A DNA stretch of 57,402 nucleotides from a virus (lineage: Duplodnaviria; Caudoviricetes). A program made the position numbers and the translations under genes. Shown here one piece after another: positions 23,001-32,306 of this stretch. The notes under the pieces are model-generated. The model saw nothing but the letters and a program-made list of their open reading frames with translations. It searched no databases and had not been told where the DNA came from. The stretch lies in IMG/VR virus record IMGVR_UViG_3300046170_000427, positions 1 through 57,402 of that record. One strand, given 5' to 3'. Each line of letters begins with the position of its first letter. Positions within the stretch are counted from its first letter, which is position 1.

Positions 23001-26000
23001 TAATGGTTACTATGAGTCTACTGATGATGGAGATATTACAACAGTAAATTCTTACTCAAATTTTGATTATTCATCTGAGGTTCAAAGTGTAAATTTTGTA
23101 AGAAATTCTGATATAATTGATATTCGTCCAAAGGTATCTGACGTTGCGTTGGTATCTGAAGGTGACAGATCTCCACTTGAGTTTTATGGAAGATCATTTA
23201 ATGTAACTGGCAACTCTGCGCCTAATATTCTTGCTTCAAATGAAGGAATATTAACAGATTTCTCATTCTACCTAGGAAGAATTGATAGAATTTACCTGAC
23301 AAAAGATGGTGTATTCCAAGTTAAATACGGAGCTGCTGCTGAAAATCCGGAAAAACCAACTTCTGTAGATGATGCTTTAGAAATTGCTACAATTACTCTT
23401 CCGCCATTCCTTTATGATGTAAAAGATGCTTCTAAGAGATTCTTAGAGTATAAGCGTTATAGAATGGTTGATATTAAACAACTTGAAAATAGGATTAAAA
23501 ATCTTGAATTCTTTACATCATTATCTCTTCTTGAGACAAACACTGCTAATTTGTTTGTTCCTGATGCAAATGGATTGAATAGATTTAAATCAGGTTTCTT
23601 TGTTGATAATTTTACATCATTCCTTGCTCAGGAAGATTCTGTCGATCTAAAGAATAGCGTCGATTTTAATCAGAAAGAAGCACGCCCTAAACACTACACA
23701 ACTCAAACAGATTTATCACAAAGTCTGAATGAATCTGGAGATTTGAGATTTTCTAATCCAGCTGGAACTAATATTAGAAAGACAAAAGATATTGTAACTC
23801 TTGATTATAATGATGTTGAATGGTTAAAGCAATCTTTTGGAACAAGAACTGAAAGCGTAACTCCGTTTATCATTGGTTTCTGGGTGGGTGCTCTTGAACT
23901 CCTTCCCGCTTCCGATTCCTGGACTGATCAAGTTAGACTTGAAGCTAATATCATTCAGACTGAGGGCAACTTTACTGAAACTCTTGAAAGAGCAACTAGA
24001 ACTCTTAATGTTGATCCTCAAACAGGATTTGCCTCAGCAATTTGGAATTCATGGATTAATAATTGGACTGGACAGGAAGAAGTTCTTGGATCTGAAACTA
24101 GGACTGCAATTCAGACACAAGGTAGAGTTACTACTACCACTGTTTTTAGAGATACTACACGACAAATATTTGATACTGGTGTTGCAACTAGAACAGGAAC
24201 AAGAACTGCAGTTACTGAGCAATTTGATAATGAGTCTCTTGGTGATAGAGTAATTAGCAGAGATCTTATTTCTTTTGCAAGATCTAGAAATATTGAGTTT
24301 AACATTAAGTCTCTCAAACCTAATACTCAGGTTTATGGATTCTTCGATGGTGTTGCTATTACTGATTATTGTATTCCAAAACTTCTTGAAATTTCGATGA
24401 TTTCTGGTACTTTCCAAGTAGGAGAGACTATTACTGGATCAATGCGTCCAGTTGGTGATACTTCTATATCAGAGGGAGATCGCTCCATTTCATTTAGGGT
24501 TGCTCAGGCAAATCATAAATCTGGATCTTTCAACAGTGCAACTGAAGTATTCATCACAAATCCATATAATACATCTCAAACACTTCCTAGTGCATATTCA
24601 TCAACATCTACAATTTTAAATGTAGATACATTCTCTCTATGTAATCAACCACAAGGATCATTTATTGGCAGTGTTGCACCAGAGATGATTTTAGTTGGTG
24701 AAACTAGCGGTGCTCAGGCAACTGTTTCACAAATCAGATTAGTATCTGATAGCACCTCTTCTCTTATTGGAAGTTTCTTTATTCCTGATCCAAACATCGG
24801 GACTAATCCTAGATTTGAAGTTGGTACAAAAGTACTTACATTTATTGATGATATCAATAATGATCTCAGAAATGCATCTACTCGCGCAACATCAACATTC
24901 TTAATCAGCGGTATTGTAGAAACTGTACAAGAAGATATTGTTTCAGTTAGAAATGCTGCAATTCAATCTCAAGATGTTAATGATTCAAGAGAGATAGAAC
25001 AAGTAAATACATCTATTGAAACACAGGTTGTATCGTCAGAAATAGTCGATACGAGTGTTACAGTCACTAATCCACCTGATCCTCTCGCTCAAACATTTGT
25101 AGTTGAAGATACAACTGGTATTTTCTTCACAAAGTGTGATATTTTCTTTGAACAAGCAGATAATCTAGGAATACCTGTTATTTTTGAGCTCAGAACGGTT
25201 GAAAACGGTGTTCCAACAACAAAGATTCTACCTTTATCACAAGCAATTTTATCTCCTGAAAATGTTAATGTAAGCACAGATGGATCTGTTGCAACCACTT
25301 TTACACTTCCTTCTCCTGTTTATCTTGAACCAGGTATTGAATATGCAATGGTTCTCAGATCGGCATCTGCAAGATATAGAGTGTTTATATCAAGAGTTAA
25401 TGAAAATGATTTAATTACTCAAACATTTGTCTCTAATCAACCTTACCTTGGATCTCTTTATAAGTCACAAAATGGATCTGTTTGGGAACCAAGTCAGTGG
25501 GAAGATCTTAAATTTACAATTTATAGAGCAGATTTCGTTACAAACGGATCAATTGAAGTCTATAGTCCTGAATTGAGTAGTGGCAATAATCAAGTCGCCA
25601 AACTTCTTCCCAACTCAATCAGCCTCGCATCGAGATCTGTACGTATTGGCATTGGATCTACACTTCAGGATGAGGTATTAACATTAGGAAATACTGTATT
25701 GCAAAACGGTAATAATGCAACTGGTAATTACATCGGAAATGCAGGTATTGCTACAGGAAATTTAAACATTATAAATGCTGGTATAGGATTCACTCCTTCC
25801 TCAGGTGATTATGGTTTTAATGGAGTTGAACTTGTAAATATTACTAGTAGTGGAAGAAATGCAAAAGCAGATATTTTTATCGAAAATGGAGTTGCTATTG
25901 CTGCTACAATTTCTCAAAATGTTGCTGCAAGTGGAGGACAAGGTTATGTTGTCGGTGATGTCTTAGGAATTTCTACGATTGGTAATAATAATCTCGGAAG

Positions 26001-27507
26001 AAATCTTAGACTTTCATTAGTTTCAATTGCTAATACTAATGAGATTATCTTAGATAATGTTCAGGGAGACTTTATTACCGGTGTTGGACACTCAATTCAG
26101 TTTGTTAATAATAATGGTATTACAACCGCTCTTAATCATGCTACAGGAGGAAATGTTTTAATTGATGGTATCAACAATGTCATTTCTGATGGTGTTCATT
26201 TTACAGTGAATCATAAGAATCATGGTATGTACTTTGCTGATAATAGAGTAACAATTTCTGATGTTGAATCTGACATTCTCCCAGTTAAACTGGCAGCAAC
26301 AATGGACGCATCTTCTACATCATCTATTACTGTGAATGCTACGACTGGATTAGACACGTTTGAGAACGTTGGAGTCGGAACTACCAACCTAGGTTATCTT
26401 AGAATTGGAGAAGAGATCGTTTCATATGAGTCCGCTTCTGGAACCTCTATCACAATTGCAGAGAGAGGAATAGACAGCACGACTCCAAAGAACTATCTTG
26501 CAGGCACTAAAGTTCATAAGTACGAACTTGGTGGTGTATCTCTTAGGAGAATTAATAAGACTCATGATCTTAACAATGTAACTGTATCTAATGCACGCAC
26601 ATTTGATACGTATAAGGTAAAACTTGATATGGGAACAAGCGGTGTTGGACGTTCAACTGGAGAAAGTTTCCCAATTCTTTATATGAATGAAACTAAATCT
26701 ACTGGTGGTTCTAATGTCAAGGCTACTCAAAATATTCCTTTTGAGATCTTAACACCACAAATTCAACATGTAACTGTAAGTGGTACAAATATTGATGCTG
26801 AGGTAAGAACTATTTCTGGATCTTCTATTAGTGGGAACGACATTCCCTTCATTGATCAAGGATTTGAAGCGATTTCAATTTCAAAATCAAATTATTTCTC
26901 AACTCCAAGAATTATTGCTTCTAAGGTAAATGAGGATGCAAAACTCACTACTTTACCTGGTAATAAATCAATGACAATGCGACTTAATTTTGGAACAACT
27001 GACTCAAGAGTCTCTCCTGTTATCGATACTCAGAGAATGAGTGTTATTTACACTTCAAACAGAGTTGATAGTTTGATTAGTGATTATTTAACTGATAGTA
27101 GAGTTAATGGTATTGATACTGATCCTACTGCTTTCCAATACTTGTCTAAAGAAATTTCATTAGAAAATCCAGCAACATCATTAAAAATTATAGTTGATGT
27201 TTACAAGGATAGAGACGCTGATATTAGAGGATTATTCGCAATTTCTGATCATCAGAACTTTAATCCCATCTATGAGGCATTCCCTGGCTTTAATAATATT
27301 GATGAGAGAGGACAAATTATTGATGTTGCAAATAATGACGGTTCTTCTGATGATTTTGTTTCCCCCGCTGAAGATTATAGAGAGCACACATTTACAATTG
27401 ACGAACTTCCCTCTTTCAAGTCATACAGAGTTAAGCTTCTTCTTACATCTACTAATCAGGCAAATCCACCTAAGATTAGAAACCTCAGAGTGATAGCACT
27501 TGCATAA
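20083..27507 (+). CDS. large virion structural protein, VrlC/DUF4815-like, 2474 aa
   Basis: NLNVAPYFDDF...VLFKPGYPVQARELT, PGADRLKI, RYRMVDIKQLENRI, RFKSGFFVDNF, DPLAQTF, SQWEDLKF and C-terminal NLRVIALA motifs. Confidence 0.9.
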   Translation: MSQETNLNVAPYFDDFDPKKDYYKVLFKPGYPVQARELTSLQSILQNQVEKFGQHFFKEGAKVIPGNTTFSTNYRCVLLENSYLGIPLLDYVDQLVGSQITGQDSGVTAIVDNYILSSESTRDQVTLFVNYSGSGTNNQESVFRDGELLSANITISTANTLIADGVPFASTIQQDATAVGSAYFIGNGVYFGKGSFLNVSEQTLILDQYTNTPSYRIGLTIEETIINSDLDPALTDNSAGFNNFGSPGADRLKIVTSLSKKDLTDTDDNNFVELGTVVNGVLRQKSTSEYSIITDELAKRTYAESGDYYVKSFGLNVKDSLNDNEGNKGLFRGDQTTYGGSTPSEDLAIYQISPGRAFVKGYDVETTAPTFLDVPKPRTTKTFKSQQINYKTGETLKLNRVFGSPSIGIGNTYVLSLRDSRVGLSSEQPAGKEIGLSRVYDFKLNSGTYNSSNSNVNEWGLSLYDVQTTTEVTVNEPITLSVPTFIKGKHSGATAFLKDAADNTTSLVLYETSGKFIKNENFIIDGIENSRVATAVTAYGISDVLSIFGSANGTEVGAARTFSADVVLADNFNIGIASITAADGENYTSVIRSTNPLFPGQIKAGNILSFTGNLSQDPIFVSVVSVATSSISVTGVTTVRGVASGAMPASITTLTDLKVIGGDLGVTDDSTLYTEMPRKNISNVDLNNASLTIRKTQQVNIVDNKLSAAVTSESNESFLPFTPERYTLIRSDGTTEELTSDKVQINSASNQLEIFNLGLDNEEATLVTTLTKIKPKAKNKIKNRVNSIVIDKSVKSASGIGSTTLNDGITYGNYAYGTRVQDENISLNSADLIEVHGIYELATDPSADNTDPSSPSMILANLSGPTAKTSDLVIGESIIGETSGAHAIVGVKKTDSKIAFLPKNQISFKEGEIVVFGESKVRASIVTLDTPSKDVSFKFTSSNGQNGEFYNFGVLNRKNGEEPPQRKLIVYFSNGYYESTDDGDITTVNSYSNFDYSSEVQSVNFVRNSDIIDIRPKVSDVALVSEGDRSPLEFYGRSFNVTGNSAPNILASNEGILTDFSFYLGRIDRIYLTKDGVFQVKYGAAAENPEKPTSVDDALEIATITLPPFLYDVKDASKRFLEYKRYRMVDIKQLENRIKNLEFFTSLSLLETNTANLFVPDANGLNRFKSGFFVDNFTSFLAQEDSVDLKNSVDFNQKEARPKHYTTQTDLSQSLNESGDLRFSNPAGTNIRKTKDIVTLDYNDVEWLKQSFGTRTESVTPFIIGFWVGALELLPASDSWTDQVRLEANIIQTEGNFTETLERATRTLNVDPQTGFASAIWNSWINNWTGQEEVLGSETRTAIQTQGRVTTTTVFRDTTRQIFDTGVATRTGTRTAVTEQFDNESLGDRVISRDLISFARSRNIEFNIKSLKPNTQVYGFFDGVAITDYCIPKLLEISMISGTFQVGETITGSMRPVGDTSISEGDRSISFRVAQANHKSGSFNSATEVFITNPYNTSQTLPSAYSSTSTILNVDTFSLCNQPQGSFIGSVAPEMILVGETSGAQATVSQIRLVSDSTSSLIGSFFIPDPNIGTNPRFEVGTKVLTFIDDINNDLRNASTRATSTFLISGIVETVQEDIVSVRNAAIQSQDVNDSREIEQVNTSIETQVVSSEIVDTSVTVTNPPDPLAQTFVVEDTTGIFFTKCDIFFEQADNLGIPVIFELRTVENGVPTTKILPLSQAILSPENVNVSTDGSVATTFTLPSPVYLEPGIEYAMVLRSASARYRVFISRVNENDLITQTFVSNQPYLGSLYKSQNGSVWEPSQWEDLKFTIYRADFVTNGSIEVYSPELSSGNNQVAKLLPNSISLASRSVRIGIGSTLQDEVLTLGNTVLQNGNNATGNYIGNAGIATGNLNIINAGIGFTPSSGDYGFNGVELVNITSSGRNAKADIFIENGVAIAATISQNVAASGGQGYVVGDVLGISTIGNNNLGRNLRLSLVSIANTNEIILDNVQGDFITGVGHSIQFVNNNGITTALNHATGGNVLIDGINNVISDGVHFTVNHKNHGMYFADNRVTISDVESDILPVKLAATMDASSTSSITVNATTGLDTFENVGVGTTNLGYLRIGEEIVSYESASGTSITIAERGIDSTTPKNYLAGTKVHKYELGGVSLRRINKTHDLNNVTVSNARTFDTYKVKLDMGTSGVGRSTGESFPILYMNETKSTGGSNVKATQNIPFEILTPQIQHVTVSGTNIDAEVRTISGSSISGNDIPFIDQGFEAISISKSNYFSTPRIIASKVNEDAKLTTLPGNKSMTMRLNFGTTDSRVSPVIDTQRMSVIYTSNRVDSLISDYLTDSRVNGIDTDPTAFQYLSKEISLENPATSLKIIVDVYKDRDADIRGLFAISDHQNFNPIYEAFPGFNNIDERGQIIDVANNDGSSDDFVSPAEDYREHTFTIDELPSFKSYRVKLLLTSTNQANPPKIRNLRVIALA

Positions 27508-27734
27508 TGAAAAAACTTAAAGTTGAGGGACATAATAACCTCCTCAGAGACAGCGAAACCGGAGCGATTATTAATAATGATAAATCTGGTTTCTCTTCTT
27601 ATATGATGAATAAAACCATCAAACATGAAGAGAGTACTAGAATACAGAATGTTGAGAGAGATCTTGCTAATATTCATAGTGAAATCTCTGAGTTAAAACT
27701 GTTAATCAAGGAGGCACTCAATGGATCCCGATAA
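27507..27734 (+). CDS. conserved T4-like hypothetical protein with C-terminal coiled coil, 75 aa
   Basis: KVEGHNNLLRDSETGAIIN motif. TAATG-coupled to the upstream gene. Confidence 0.85.
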   Translation: MKKLKVEGHNNLLRDSETGAIINNDKSGFSSYMMNKTIKHEESTRIQNVERDLANIHSEISELKLLIKEALNGSR

Positions 27735-27897
27735 AATTGAACTCAAAAACTTAACTAAAAGTTTTGAATACACTAAAATTGCATCTGAAATAGATGGATG
27801 TGACGATCGAGATATGTTGAGAAGTATTGCCAAATCTTTTGTTAAACTTTATTATAAGCAGCAAGAGACTTTGTCAGTAATTAACATAGATCCATAA
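27721..27897 (+). CDS. 58-aa helix-loop-helix protein, NblA-like (not in ORF track)
   Basis: AGGAGG at 27709-27714. Translation MDPDKIELKNLTKSFEYTKIASEIDGCDDRDMLRSIAKSFVKLYYKQQETLSVINIDP*, which fills the gap before gp13. The ORF is well supported, but the NblA identity is inferred. Confidence 0.75.
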   Translation: MDPDKIELKNLTKSFEYTKIASEIDGCDDRDMLRSIAKSFVKLYYKQQETLSVINIDP

Positions 27898-27900
27898 ATA
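27894..27900 (+). promoter_or_regulatory. late promoter ATAAATA (gp13-gp14)
   Basis: Overlaps TAA 27895-27897, 16 nt before ATG 27917. Confidence 0.75.
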
Positions 27901-27916
27901 CTTAAAAAATATAGAT

Positions 27917-28765
27917 ATGGCTCAACCATCAACTAGAGCGGAGTTAGTAGACTACTGCAAAAGAAAGTTAGGTGCTCCTGTTCTCGAAATTAATGTTGCT
28001 GATGAGCAAATCGAGGACTTAGTTGATGATGCCATTCAATATTTTCACGAAAGACATTTCGATGGGGTAGGACAAGTATTTTTAAAATATCAAATAACTC
28101 AAGATGATATTAATAGAGGTAGAAGTCCCTCTTCATCGGTAACCCAAGCAGGTATTGTAACAACTACCGCTTCATCTACAATTGATGGTGCTTCTACAAC
28201 TTTCTCTTATAAAGAAAATAGCAATTATTTACAAATTCCTCCTTCTGTCATAGGAGTTAATAAGATATTTCAATTTTCCGGAGGAAATTCAATCACAAAC
28301 AATATGTTTAGTGTGAAATATCAATTATTCTTAAATGATGTTTATTTCTTCGGGAATACTGAATTGTTGTCATATGCCATGACAAAGACATATCTTGAAG
28401 ATCTTGATTTCTTACTGAATACTCATAAGCAGATAAGATTCAATCAACGAATGGATAGGTTATATCTTGATATTGACTGGGGAAGTGTTACTGCAGGAGA
28501 ATATATAATTATCGATTGTTTCAGAACTGTTGATCCAAACGATTTTGCAAGAGTTTACAATGACTCTTTCATCAAACCGTATCTGACTGCCCTAATTAAA
28601 CGTCAGTGGGGGCAGAATCTTATGAAGTTTCAAGGAGTTAAACTTCCTGGTGGAGTAGAACTAAACGGAAGACAAATTTATGAAGATGGACAGAATGATT
28701 TAGATAAAATCATGGAAAAAATGTCCAATACTTATGAACTTCCACCCCTTGACATGATAGGCTGA
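27917..28765 (+). CDS. gp13: neck protein gp13
   Basis: YCKRKLGAPVLEINV, IKRQWGQNLMKFQGVKLPGGVELNG and ELPPLDMIG motifs. Confidence 0.95.
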   Translation: MAQPSTRAELVDYCKRKLGAPVLEINVADEQIEDLVDDAIQYFHERHFDGVGQVFLKYQITQDDINRGRSPSSSVTQAGIVTTTASSTIDGASTTFSYKENSNYLQIPPSVIGVNKIFQFSGGNSITNNMFSVKYQLFLNDVYFFGNTELLSYAMTKTYLEDLDFLLNTHKQIRFNQRMDRLYLDIDWGSVTAGEYIIIDCFRTVDPNDFARVYNDSFIKPYLTALIKRQWGQNLMKFQGVKLPGGVELNGRQIYEDGQNDLDKIMEKMSNTYELPPLDMIG

Positions 28766-30162
28766 TGGTATTAAATCCTTTTTTCTTACAAGGTTCTCAA
28801 GGAGAGCAAAATCTCGTTCAAGATTTGATCAATGAACAGTTGAGAATGTATGGTGTTGAGGTATTTTACTTACCAAGACAATATGCAACAAAAAGTTCAA
28901 TAATTCGTGAAGTAATTGAATCAGAATTTAATCAATCATATCCTATTGAGGCATATGTTGATAATTTTGATGGATATGGTGATAATACTGTCCTTTTATC
29001 AAAATTTGGAATTCAACAAACATCTGAAATTAAATTAATTATTTCTCAAGAAAGATTTGAAACGTATATTACACCTTTAATCACAAATTTACCTCTCATT
29101 GAACTCGCGACTCGTCCGAAAGAGGGCGATTTAATTTATTTCCCACTTGGAGACAGACTTTTTGAGATAAAATTTGTTGAACATGAGAAACCTTTTTATC
29201 AGTTACAAAAAAATTACGTTTACGAATTAACCTGTGAACTATTCAGAGGGGAAGATGAAATATTGGATACTGGTATTGAAGAAATCGATGATTCCTTCGA
29301 CACTGAGGGAAATATCAGATCTCTCACTCTTATCGGATCAGGTTCTACCGCAACCGCTATCTCTGGAAGAGTTGAAAGCGGAGCTATCAGCAGGATCATT
29401 ATTACAAACAGAGGAGAAAAATATAATTATCCACCCAGCGTTTTTATTTCATCTCCTATATCAGGAACCACAGCAACTGGAATATCTACCCTACGTGACG
29501 ATATTATTAATTGTGATGGAACAGAAATAGGTTCCGTTGTTCAAGGAGTTATGATGATTGATCCTGGTGCAGGATATACTGCAAATCCGGGAATTGCATT
29601 TGTTGGCGTTAACACTAATCCTGGTGTTGGAGCAGCTGCAACCACTAGAATTTCTGACAATACTGTTGGTATTGTAACTGTTACCAGTGGAGGTGGTGGA
29701 TATGTGACTGCTCCTACTGTTACCTTTAGTAGTCCAGGTGCTGGTGGAACGACTGCTACTGGTGTCGCTGTGGTTTCTGTTGCTGGAACAGTTTCTGCAA
29801 TTTATATCACCAATGCTGGTGCTGGGTATACAACTGCTCCTACAATTACACTTTCAGATCCACCTGCTGCCGGAGTTGGAACATTTGTTAGATCGGAAAC
29901 TATTACCGGATCTACAAGCGGTGTAACGGGAATAGTTAAGACGTGGAATACTATTACTAACGTTCTAACTTACTCTAATACTACAGGGGACTTCTTACCT
30001 GGAGAGACTATTGTGGGTTCGGCAAGTAGTGCATCTTATGTGATAAGTGTTTATGAGGATGATAACACAGTAAATAATTATCCAGACAATGATACATTTG
30101 AAACTTTTGCTAATGATGGGGTTTTAGATTTCTCAGAATCAAATCCATTTGGGAATCCTTAA
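28765..30162 (+). CDS. gp14: neck protein gp14 with inserted GxGY-repeat domains
   Basis: EQNLVQDLINEQLRMYG, RPKEGDLIYFP, EHEKPFYQL and terminal DFSESNPFG motifs. Confidence 0.93.
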   Translation: MVLNPFFLQGSQGEQNLVQDLINEQLRMYGVEVFYLPRQYATKSSIIREVIESEFNQSYPIEAYVDNFDGYGDNTVLLSKFGIQQTSEIKLIISQERFETYITPLITNLPLIELATRPKEGDLIYFPLGDRLFEIKFVEHEKPFYQLQKNYVYELTCELFRGEDEILDTGIEEIDDSFDTEGNIRSLTLIGSGSTATAISGRVESGAISRIIITNRGEKYNYPPSVFISSPISGTTATGISTLRDDIINCDGTEIGSVVQGVMMIDPGAGYTANPGIAFVGVNTNPGVGAAATTRISDNTVGIVTVTSGGGGYVTAPTVTFSSPGAGGTTATGVAVVSVAGTVSAIYITNAGAGYTTAPTITLSDPPAAGVGTFVRSETITGSTSGVTGIVKTWNTITNVLTYSNTTGDFLPGETIVGSASSASYVISVYEDDNTVNNYPDNDTFETFANDGVLDFSESNPFGNP

Positions 30163-30164
30163 AC

Positions 30165-30171
30165 CTAAATA
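30165..30171 (+). promoter_or_regulatory. late promoter CTAAATA (gp15-gp16)
   Basis: Intergenic, 20 nt before ATG 30192. Confidence 0.7.
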
Positions 30172-30191
30172 AAGTTACATAAGGCATCTGT

Positions 30192-31200
30192 ATGTTTGAA
30201 TACTTTTACCATGAAATCTTAAGACGAACGATTATTGCGTTCGGAAGTCTTTTTAATGGGATTGATATTAAGCATCTCGACTCCGCTGGTAATGTATCCG
30301 AAGAGATTAAAGTACCTTTAGCATACGGGCCAACTCAAAAGTTTTTAGCAAGATTAGAGCAATCGCCAGATCTTAACAAACCAACAGCGATTACTCTTCC
30401 AAGAATGTCCTTTGAATTTACAGGACTGCAATATGATGGTACAAGAAAAGTTACCACTACTCAAACATTCAAAACACAGACTGTAGGTATTGCAACGGCA
30501 ATCAGAAAAAACTATATGCCCGTTCCATATAATATGTCATTTGAATTATCAATATTCACTAAGTTGAATGATGATATGCTTCAGATTGTTGAACAGATTT
30601 TACCATATTTTCAACCAGCTTACACACTTTCAGTAAATTTAGTTGATACTATTGGAGAAAAGAGAGATATTCCTATCGTGATCGAAAATATCACAATGCA
30701 AGATGATTACGAAGGGAACTATAGCACACGACGTTCACTTCTTTACACTATAAGATTCACTGCCAAAACATACCTTTTCGGCCCCAGTTGGAGATACTTC
30801 AAAAGCATCAAGGGATCTTATCAAAAAAGTACAAGTTGGATATGTTCAAGACGATTCTTCTGCGCCAACCAGAGATCTTACATATACCGTTGTTCCAAGA
30901 GCAACACAAAGTTATACCGGTAATGTTGTAACAAACTTAGCACAAGATATTGGTACAATGACTAATATCATACAAGTTACTGATGCAAATAACATTGCAG
31001 AAAACACATATATTAATATCAATAACGAATCAATATACGTAGATAGAAAGGAAGGAAATACTCTTTTTACAAAAAGAGGACAGGATGGAACCATCACTGG
31101 ATCACATGTTCGTGGAACTGCAGTTAATGTTATCACTGATGCTGATGATGCCCTTATTGAGATTGGCGATGACTTCGGATTCGATGGTGCGGTATCATGA
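30192..31200 (+). CDS. gp15: tail sheath stabilizer/terminator gp15 (~335 aa, one apparent +1 indel)
   Basis: YFYHEILRRTIIAFGSLFN, VPLAYGPTQKFLARL, TLPRMSFE, QIVEQILPYFQP. Removing one C at 30782-30785 gives YLFGPVGD... and joins ORF 30958-31200, ending DDFGFDG. Confidence 0.92.
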
Positions 31201-31614
31201 GTTTTGATAGTTTAGACGAAGCATTTGATGTGTCAAGTGAGATTGTATCAAGCGAACCTGAACAAGTAAAACCTGTTCAGAAAGAAGTAGATGCAATAAA
31301 GTCTGATACTAGAAAGGATTATGAGTACACAAGAGGAAATCTTTATTCTTTGATTGAAAAAGGGGCAAGAGGCAGTTAACGGTATTCTTGAATTAGCACA
31401 AGAAACTGAACAGGCAAGAGCGTATGAAGTTGCTGGACAGTTAATCAAAAGTGTTGCCGATGCAACTGATAAACTTCTTGATCTTCAAAAGAAACTAAAG
31501 GATGTTGAAGAAGAATCTTCATCAAAAGGCCCAACAAATGTTACAAATGCACTCTTTGTTGGATCTACCGCTGATCTCGCTAAATTATTGAAGCAAAACA
31601 AAGAAAATAAATAG
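31197..31614 (+). CDS. gp16: terminase small subunit gp16 (~138 aa, one apparent +1 indel)
   Basis: DYEYTRGNLYSLIEKG + QEAVNGILELA...RAYEVAGQLIK...NALFVGSTADL. The frames join on removing one base in AAAAAGGGG (31357-31365). Confidence 0.93.
31607..31613 (+). promoter_or_regulatory. late promoter ATAAATA
   Basis: Overlaps the gp16 end, 14 nt before ATG 31628. Confidence 0.65.
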
Positions 31615-31627
31615 TTAAAAAAGTGTC

Positions 31628-31957
31628 ATGGCAGTACCTGCAGTAAACATAGAAATTGAACAAGGTGCAGACTTTACTTCAACCTTTACTATTACGAATA
31701 GTGATGGTTCCGTGTTTAATATGAGCAGTGCTAGTGCTGTTGCGAAAGCAAAAAAGCATCCTACTGCAGGAACAGCATATACTTTTTCTACTTCCATTGA
31801 ATCTTCAACTGGAAAAATTACTATTTCCATGACTGATGAGACTACAGCAACAATGGAATCAGGAAGATATCTTTATGATATCTTGTTGACTGCAGCGGGT
31901 GGTGATAAAACAAGAGTCATTCAAGGAATGGCACTAGTTACAGCAGGTATATCATAA
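31628..31957 (+). CDS. small virion structural protein (Ig/BppU-like beta sandwich), 109 aa
   Basis: IEQGADFTSTF...GKITISMT...GRYLYDILL...RVIQG pattern. Confidence 0.75.
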   Translation: MAVPAVNIEIEQGADFTSTFTITNSDGSVFNMSSASAVAKAKKHPTAGTAYTFSTSIESSTGKITISMTDETTATMESGRYLYDILLTAAGGDKTRVIQGMALVTAGIS

Positions 31958-31960
31958 ATA
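31954..31960 (+). promoter_or_regulatory. late promoter ATAAATA
   Basis: Overlaps TAA 31955-31957, upstream of ORF 31979. Confidence 0.65.
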
Positions 31961-31978
31961 CCACTATAGGGTAAAAAA

Positions 31979-32269
31979 ATGCCAGATTACTTAGTAAAAA
32001 GATCAGGAACTAAAAAATTTACTGTAACTCAGGAGAAAACCGTAGTGGCGGAGAATCTATCAGAACTTGCAGACGTTTCAGTATCTAATTTACCCGGATC
32101 TGATAAATTTGTATTAGCATACAACGCAACAACTTCAAAATTTGAATTGATTGCTGCAGATACTGTTCTTACTAATGCTGTTACAGACTCTGATCTTCCT
32201 GATTCTTTCGTAACTCAATTAGAAACTGATCTTGATAACACTATCGATCTTGATGGTGGCTCGTTTTAA
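31979..32269 (+). CDS. small fibre-associated structural protein, 96 aa, ending IDLDGGSF
   Basis: LSELADVSV...VLAYN fibre-type motif and DGGSF C-terminus. Confidence 0.7.
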   Translation: MPDYLVKRSGTKKFTVTQEKTVVAENLSELADVSVSNLPGSDKFVLAYNATTSKFELIAADTVLTNAVTDSDLPDSFVTQLETDLDNTIDLDGGSF

Positions 32270-32275
32270 AAATAT

Positions 32276-32282
32276 CTAAATA
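32276..32282 (+). promoter_or_regulatory. late promoter CTAAATA
   Basis: Intergenic, before ATG 32307. Confidence 0.7.
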
Positions 32283-32306
32283 GTAACAAGAAAAATCATA
32301 GGTTAA

